From: Alloprevotella sp.
GTDB taxonomy: Bacteria > Bacteroidota > Bacteroidia > Bacteroidales > Bacteroidaceae
DNA length: 64,000 nucleotides
Assembly (NCBI GenBank): GCA_045614785.1
Contig: JAZLDQ010000028.1
Location: 83,898-147,897 of the forward strand
Reading direction: 5' to 3'
In this document: positions 57,996 through 64,000 of the stretch, piece by piece
Layout of the letters: every line of letters begins with the position of its first letter
Position numbering within the stretch: the first letter of the stretch is position 1
Program-made: the position numbers and the translations under genes
Notes under the pieces: generated by a model
The model's input: the letters and a program-made list of their open reading frames with translations, nothing else
What the model was told of the DNA's origin: nothing
Databases searched by the model: none

Positions 57996-58952
57996 ATGCA
58001 AAGAATTGTTTTGTCTGCCATGTTTGCTTTGGTCTCATTCATGGCAATAGCACAGACATCTGGTCAGAAACCTAAAGTGATGATTGTCCCAGAGGAGGCG
58101 TTCTGCATAAACTCTGGAATGTACAAAACGAACCAGTCGGGTGATAAAGTCGCAGACTATAAGGCTGCTATACGTAATAACAATGTTCTTGATGTTATAA
58201 ACACATTTGAAAATCTTATGGCTGGCTACGGGTTTCGTTTGACTAACCTTCAACAAACTTTAGACGAATTAAAGGAAGAAGCCGCATTAAACAATGTATT
58301 GGCAGCCAAAGACGATGGGATGATTGTTGAAGACGACCTTGATAAGTTGTCACGAGTAGCTGGGGCTGACATCATTGTGAAAGTATCTCCAAGAATCTCA
58401 AATTATGGACCAGATTTACGACTTGAACTTCGTGTATCTTCTATTGATTGCGCTTCAAAGAAAGCCCTTCAAGCATTTGGACCAGTCACTAAGACCTCGG
58501 CAGGGTCTGTAAGTATGCTGATAAAAGCCGCAGTGACAGATAATATAGAGACTTTTGCTCTTGGCATGACTAACTACTATGATGATATGCAACTAAAAGG
58601 ACGTGAAGGTTCGATTATTATAAAAGTTTCAGATACATGCCCTCTTAACATGGAGTCGATTGTCAAATACAAAGATGAGGAAGGCGAACTCGCAGACTTG
58701 ATTGGATTATGGCTCTCTGAAAATGCAGTGAATGGAGCATATACAGGTTCAAAAACATCAAGAGTAAGTATGAAGTTTGACCAAGTTAGAATCCCCCTAT
58801 ATGGAAAAGCGGCATTTGGACGGACGAAAGCACTATCTATGGAAGATTTTGTTAAAACAGGCTTGGTGCAACTATTAAGCAACTATGGCATTTCAGTTTC
58901 AACTCATGCTGTTGGAATTGGAAAGGTATATCTAACTTTAGGAGGAATGTAG
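57996..58952 (+). CDS. DUF6175-like exported protein
   Basis: Signal peptide; KPKVMIVP, GADIIVKV and FDQVRIPL motifs. Confidence 0.7.
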   Translation: MQRIVLSAMFALVSFMAIAQTSGQKPKVMIVPEEAFCINSGMYKTNQSGDKVADYKAAIRNNNVLDVINTFENLMAGYGFRLTNLQQTLDELKEEAALNNVLAAKDDGMIVEDDLDKLSRVAGADIIVKVSPRISNYGPDLRLELRVSSIDCASKKALQAFGPVTKTSAGSVSMLIKAAVTDNIETFALGMTNYYDDMQLKGREGSIIIKVSDTCPLNMESIVKYKDEEGELADLIGLWLSENAVNGAYTGSKTSRVSMKFDQVRIPLYGKAAFGRTKALSMEDFVKTGLVQLLSNYGISVSTHAVGIGKVYLTLGGM

Positions 58953-58953
58953 T

Positions 58954-59898
58954 ATGAGAAAGTTTTTATTAACAAGTTTACTCTTAGTAATGGTCTCTAT
59001 TTCTTGGGGACAGGAATTGTCTTTTGGAAAAATAACAATTTCGCCATATATACCAGAAGACACAGAACTTGACGCAACGGCTACAAGACTGCTAAAGACA
59101 AAACTGAGCCAAATAGTTACGACAAATGAGGCTGTTGGGGGATTTGACCGAAGATTTGTCATCGTACCTTCCGTGAATGTCTTGTCAGAAGCAGAAACGG
59201 GTACCATTCCCCAAAAGACTTCCATGAAAGTCAGCATCACATTTTTCGTTGGCGATGGAGTCGCTGGAGCTTTATTTAATTCTTCCAATATTGAAGTGAC
59301 AGGCGTGGGGGATGGCCATGCAGATGCCCTATATTCCGCCATTAGAAAAGTAAACGCCAAAGATGATGGTTTGCAAACATTAATTACTGAGGCCAAAGGG
59401 CGTGTTGTTGAATACTATAACACGACTGCCCCAACGCTTATAAAAGAAGCTGAGGGATTTATGGCTTCCTATGAATGTGAAGAAGCGTTAGCTCGTCTGT
59501 CCGTAATTCCTTCTCTTTGTTCTTCCTACGGCAAAGCCCAATCTCTAATTTCAAAATGCGGAAGTAAAATCATTGAGAGAGACAATAATTCACTGCTGAT
59601 AAAGGCAAAAGCTGCTTGGAACGCAAATCCAAACAAAGATGGTGCGACGGAGGCCAGTTCGTATCTTTCACAAATAATCATATCTTCTTCCTATTATAAA
59701 AATGAGGTGGATAAACTCACAAATCAGATGCGGCAACGTCTGGCTCAATTGGAAGATAAGAGAATAGAACTGGCAAAGGTGAAGATTCTCAGCGAAGAAC
59801 GATTGGAAGTGGAGCGTATCAATGCTTCTGCAAGGGTTACTTCAACTTTGATCAGTTCACTGCCAAGTTTGGTGTTTAACATATTGAAGTGGTTCTAA
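58954..59898 (+). CDS. Exported hypothetical protein (alpha/beta domain, TPR-like helices, coiled coil)
   Basis: Signal peptide; EALARLSVIP helix pair; coiled C-terminus. Confidence 0.7.
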   Translation: MRKFLLTSLLLVMVSISWGQELSFGKITISPYIPEDTELDATATRLLKTKLSQIVTTNEAVGGFDRRFVIVPSVNVLSEAETGTIPQKTSMKVSITFFVGDGVAGALFNSSNIEVTGVGDGHADALYSAIRKVNAKDDGLQTLITEAKGRVVEYYNTTAPTLIKEAEGFMASYECEEALARLSVIPSLCSSYGKAQSLISKCGSKIIERDNNSLLIKAKAAWNANPNKDGATEASSYLSQIIISSSYYKNEVDKLTNQMRQRLAQLEDKRIELAKVKILSEERLEVERINASARVTSTLISSLPSLVFNILKWF

Positions 59899-59906
59899 AA
59901 ACAAAT

Positions 59907-61358
59907 ATGAAGAGAATATATTTAGTATTTCAGTTTCTACTATTTATAGGTACGATTACTTATGCCCAGAAACTTTCTTTTGACTCCAAATATATAAAGG
60001 TCGGAGTTATGAGCAATGAGTGGCCATCATGTATGGCAAACAACCCGAATTTGCGAAATTTAGGGACTTTACAAGGAACTACTTTTGACCAAAATCGAAT
60101 CGGGAAACAAGTTCTAGACATACTCTTTCAACGTGATGGAAATGGACTTCATATGGATAGGCTGTACGAAGAGGCGTTGCAAAACACCACAGTAGAAGAA
60201 CTGGAAGTTGCTTTATGGGACGCAAGTGCAGAATCTAAAGATGTATTGAAGAGAGAGATAGCTCATCAACTTCTGAAAAACAATTATATTGTCATATTCC
60301 GCACAGAGCAGAAAAAGAAAATAAACGGTAATCCCAAGATAAAAAAATATTGGTCTGTTTACCATGTCGAAATAGATGACAGGGTTATCCAACAAGCTTA
60401 TCTTAACTGGCAGAATCCAAGTGCCTATGACCAGATACAGGTTTCTGTCAAATTGATAGCTCAGGGGAAAGTTCCCAAAAACTCTTTTGACAACAACGAA
60501 CTTGTATATGACATAGCAAAGAAAGTACCAGCATTTGCTCTTCGTGGCCCTATTACAAGTCGTTATCCTTTTATTGCAAGAATGGGGAAAGATATGGGAG
60601 TTAAAAACATGAACCGAATTTATGTTTACAGGTTTAAGGAAAATACTGATGGTGAGATTTATTCAAAAAAAGTATGTACAACAAGAACCACAGAAGTTTC
60701 AGGTGAATCCAATAGAATGTACATGATAAGCGGTCGTTTCCCTTCTACTAAAAAGGGAGATGTAGCAGTAATCAAAGATAGGCATCGTTCCTCAATATCA
60801 TTATTAGGGCAAGGCAGTTTTGGAAATGATGCAAGATTAGGAGGACGTTTGCAGTATGAATATCTACTGGATTTTTCAAAATATGGCATAGCACAGTATT
60901 TAATTGGAGCTATCGGGTATAATCGCCATGACAAAGAGCCTGATGGCATTTGGTGGGATGAATCCAAAACGATACAACCTACCCTAAATAATGCTAACAT
61001 ATCCATTGGCTATGGAATTGGATTCAATTTCTTGGGACGGATGGAACTTATGCCATATGTAATGGGAGGCTATCAGTACACATTTATTACAGATGGTAAT
61101 GATCCGATGTATTATTGGAACAATCAACAAAAGATGTGGTCTGACCTTTGCGGTACCAATGACAATGCTGGTTTAAGTCATCATGGTTTTGTGGGACATG
61201 CTGGAGCAAGATTAAGTGTTAATATATGGTATCCTCTCCAATTGTCAATCGGAGCAGATTATAACCTATCAACAAAGTCTTCCAAATTGAAGCCATTCCT
61301 TGACAGACATACATTAAACAGATTAAATTTGTATGCAGGTTTTCGTTTACATTTCTAA
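59907..61358 (+). CDS. Predicted outer-membrane protein with large soluble N-terminus and C-terminal beta-barrel
   Basis: Signal peptide; alternating beta-strands in the last ~190 aa; ends YAGFRLHF (BamA-type signal). Confidence 0.7.
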   Translation: MKRIYLVFQFLLFIGTITYAQKLSFDSKYIKVGVMSNEWPSCMANNPNLRNLGTLQGTTFDQNRIGKQVLDILFQRDGNGLHMDRLYEEALQNTTVEELEVALWDASAESKDVLKREIAHQLLKNNYIVIFRTEQKKKINGNPKIKKYWSVYHVEIDDRVIQQAYLNWQNPSAYDQIQVSVKLIAQGKVPKNSFDNNELVYDIAKKVPAFALRGPITSRYPFIARMGKDMGVKNMNRIYVYRFKENTDGEIYSKKVCTTRTTEVSGESNRMYMISGRFPSTKKGDVAVIKDRHRSSISLLGQGSFGNDARLGGRLQYEYLLDFSKYGIAQYLIGAIGYNRHDKEPDGIWWDESKTIQPTLNNANISIGYGIGFNFLGRMELMPYVMGGYQYTFITDGNDPMYYWNNQQKMWSDLCGTNDNAGLSHHGFVGHAGARLSVNIWYPLQLSIGADYNLSTKSSKLKPFLDRHTLNRLNLYAGFRLHF

Positions 61359-61369
61359 ATAGTTTTATT

Positions 61370-62164
61370 ATGAACAGAATATCAAAATACATTGCTTTAA
61401 TATTGTCTGCAATAGCAATACATTCATGTTCTTATGATTATGAAATGCCAGACCTATCTAACGCAGCACCAACTTACTCTGTCTGTGGTGTTTCGGAAGA
61501 GTTGCGCCAGGTGTTGATTGAAGATGCCAAAGAGTATGGCTTGACATTTAAATATGCTGCTGAACATTGGAAAACGATTGTAAGAGAAAAGGACAAACAC
61601 GGTAATATACTTTACGAAGGAGAACCAAGAGGAAAAGCGGACAAGAATGCTACTATGTTGCAAGTGTCATACATTTGTTCCTGTATGCTTCAAACGGCTA
61701 ACTGGGATTACTATGACATTTGCCAGTTCGACTTTCAAAAGGAATTCAAGTTAGAGATTTCTCCATACAAATGCGAGGCAAGGCTTACTTCAAGTGATAC
61801 ATATACCAAGAAAGCCGCAGATAACCATCCCTACACATATAATGTAGACCGAAGCAATCTTCCTGTTATAGACAAAGCTGAATCTCTTGGCTATTCAATT
61901 GCTGACGTAAAAATGTATATTACGGAGAAAGATGTTGCTGGGAATCAGATAAAAAGATTTCAACATAGAACCATTGATGGTAATATAATCACTGTTGGAG
62001 CAAAATCTATTGATGTTGAAGTGGAAATTTATGGATTTCAAAACAATTATAATAAGGTTGTAATTGGTACGTACTACTTCACAAACATATCCCTTGCGAA
62101 AATAAACGGCACAACCCTATATCTATCAACGGAAATGGAGCATGAATTCGTTTTAGGTAATTGA
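61370..62164 (+). CDS. Hypothetical lipoprotein
   Basis: Lipobox IHSC followed by an acidic stretch (SYDYE). Confidence 0.7.
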   Translation: MNRISKYIALILSAIAIHSCSYDYEMPDLSNAAPTYSVCGVSEELRQVLIEDAKEYGLTFKYAAEHWKTIVREKDKHGNILYEGEPRGKADKNATMLQVSYICSCMLQTANWDYYDICQFDFQKEFKLEISPYKCEARLTSSDTYTKKAADNHPYTYNVDRSNLPVIDKAESLGYSIADVKMYITEKDVAGNQIKRFQHRTIDGNIITVGAKSIDVEVEIYGFQNNYNKVVIGTYYFTNISLAKINGTTLYLSTEMEHEFVLGN

Positions 62165-62505
62165 TACATTTCTCACATTCCACTGAATCGTCCATCATTC
62201 ATTTGGTGGGCGTTTATTTATGCCTTAATCGTTTTGCCACTTAAATAGAAGCAATATAGCCGATGTAACAGTGATTATTCAATTAGAAATTCTTGTTTTT
62301 CGCTCCGATTGCCATGAGAATTTAAAAGAAATATAAAATATGTTTACCGGACAGCAATAAAAAGAAATCATTCAAGAGGCATTAGGTGGAAAAGGATATA
62401 TCATTTGCCGAATAATGGAGAATTTAGATGCTTGATTCTTGTAATTCAGGGCAAATATCCAATCTTTGCTATTAAAAGATGTTAAATATTGCCATTCCTA
62501 CAACG

Positions 62506-62567
62506 AGGGACAAATTAAGGGACAAAAGGTGTGTATAAAAAGAAAAGTCGCTGAATTTCAGCGACTT
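62506..62567. mobile_element. att-like remnant next to the tRNA-Lys 3' end
   Basis: Direct repeat AGGGACAAA twice, then palindrome AAGTCGCTGAA-T-TTCAGCGACTT. Confidence 0.45.
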
Positions 62568-62578
62568 AATTCTTATCT

Positions 62579-62654
62579 TGGTGATTCGCTTGGGGTTCGA
62601 ACCCAAGACCCCAACATTAAAAGTGTTGTGCTCTACCTGCTGAGCTAGCGAATC
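62579..62654 (-). tRNA. tRNA-Lys(TTT)
   Basis: GATTCGC/GCGAATC acceptor stem, CAACA-CTTTTAA-TGTTG anticodon arm, TTCGAAC T-loop, CCA encoded. Confidence 0.96.
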
Positions 62655-62879
62655 AATCCTTTGTTGCTGTTAAGCGAGTGCAAAGTTAAGAAATCTTTTT
62701 TAGTTAACAAGTGTTTTGTGTTGGTTTTTTGCAAAAAGTATCCTTAGAGACTTTATTTTGATAACTTTACTTAGAAAATTAAGTAAAAACTCACGCCAGC
62801 TGAGCTTTTCACTTTTTTTGATGTTTAGTGGTTATCTCTTAGCGTGAGTTTTTAATGAATTGTTATTTTATGCATGTGT

Positions 62880-64000
62880 TTATACAACACCTTGCGCCAT
62901 CATAGCCTTAGCTACCTTCATGAAGCCCGCAATGTTAGCGCCCTTCACGTAGTTTACGGTGCCGTCTTCGAGCGTGCCATACTTTACACATTGTGCGTGG
63001 ATGTTCTCCATAATTTGGTGAAGCTTAGCATCAACTTCGTCAGCTGTCCATGAAATCATTGACGCATTTTGAGCCATTTCAAGGCCTGATACTGACACAC
63101 CACCTGCATTGGCGGCCTTACCGGGAGCGTAGAGAATCTTTGCTTCGAGGAACTGCTCAATAGCTTCGGGTGTTGAGGGCATATTCGCACCTTCGCTCAC
63201 TGCGATACAACCGTTGGCAAGAAGCTTGTGCGCATCGTCGCCATTGAGTTCGTTTTGAGTGGCAGAGGGTAGGGCGATGTCGCACTTTTCTCCCCAGGGG
63301 CGTGCGCCTTCAACGTACTTCACGCCGTATTCTTCAGCATATTCCTTGATGCGTCCGCGGTAGAGGTTTTTAAGCTCCATGATGTAAGCGAGCTTGTCGG
63401 CGTCAATGCCATCGGGATCGTAGATGTAGCCGTTAGAGTCAGACATGGTTACGACTTTCGCACCAAGCTCGATGAGCTTCTTTACGGTGTATTGTGCTAC
63501 GTTGCCCGAGCCTGAGACGCAGACGGTCTTGCCCTTGATGTCAATGCCGCGTGTCTTGAGCATTTCGAGGAGGAAGTAAACATTACCAAAACCTGTAGCT
63601 TCGGGGCGAACGAGTGATCCACCGAATTCTAGGCCCTTGCCGGTGTAAGTGCCTGTATGTTCGCGTGTCATCTTCTTATACTTACCGAACATGTAGCCCA
63701 CTTCGCGACCACCTACGCCGATGTCGCCCGCAGGTACGTCGGTGTTAGGGCCAATGTGGCGCTGGAGTTCTTCAACATAAGCCTGACAGAAGCGCATGAT
63801 TTCAGCGTTCGACTTACCACGGGGCGAGAAGTCTGAACCTCCCTTACCGCCACCCATCGGGAGTGTTGTGAGTGAATTCTTAAACGTCTGTTCGAAGGCC
63901 AAGAATTTCAAGATGCTCTGATTTACAGAAGCGTGGAAGCGGATACCACCCTTGTAAGGGCCGATAGCGTTGTTGTGTTGTACGCGATAGCCCATGTTTG
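62880..64000 (-). CDS. gdhA: Glutamate dehydrogenase (NADP/NAD), 5'-truncated by window end
   Basis: GPYKGGIRF, PMGGGKGG, DVPAGDIG, RPEATG, SGSGNVA and KAANAGGV motifs. Confidence 0.95.
   Translation of the reverse strand, partial: NMGYRVQHNNAIGPYKGGIRFHASVNQSILKFLAFEQTFKNSLTTLPMGGGKGGSDFSPRGKSNAEIMRFCQAYVEELQRHIGPNTDVPAGDIGVGGREVGYMFGKYKKMTREHTGTYTGKGLEFGGSLVRPEATGFGNVYFLLEMLKTRGIDIKGKTVCVSGSGNVAQYTVKKLIELGAKVVTMSDSNGYIYDPDGIDADKLAYIMELKNLYRGRIKEYAEEYGVKYVEGARPWGEKCDIALPSATQNELNGDDAHKLLANGCIAVSEGANMPSTPEAIEQFLEAKILYAPGKAANAGGVSVSGLEMAQNASMISWTADEVDAKLHQIMENIHAQCVKYGTLEDGTVNYVKGANIAGFMKVAKAMMAQGVV

Overview
64-kb chromosomal window from a Bacteroidales (Prevotellaceae-like) bacterium, judged from TAnnTTTG promoter motifs and gene content. 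Most of it is housekeeping or host-glycan metabolism: sdaA, fbp, luxS-mtnN, rpmE2, uvrB, htpG, gmk, xpt, spt, nadE, pfp, a fused NfnAB, gdhA, a sialic-acid operon with a mutarotase-SSS transporter fusion, and an M60-like peptidase. Two low-GC, integrase-less islets sit at tRNAs: an FHA / Ser-Thr kinase / PEGA-FGE module after tRNA-Pro, and a five-gene exported-protein operon with a switch-like structured leader beside tRNA-Lys. The strongest unexplained signal is non-coding. Three gene-less dyad modules (about 29.9-30.1, 30.2-30.36 and 44.2-44.4 kb) each have inverted short repeats around a perfect 26-28 bp A/T-only palindrome, and a possible degenerate fourth lies at 6.7 kb. The genes flanking them look GC-richer and show a local flip in synonymous G/C strand bias, as expected around bidirectional origins. 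No reverse transcriptase, integrase, Cas gene or CRISPR array was seen. All assignments are by eye from motifs; no searches were run.
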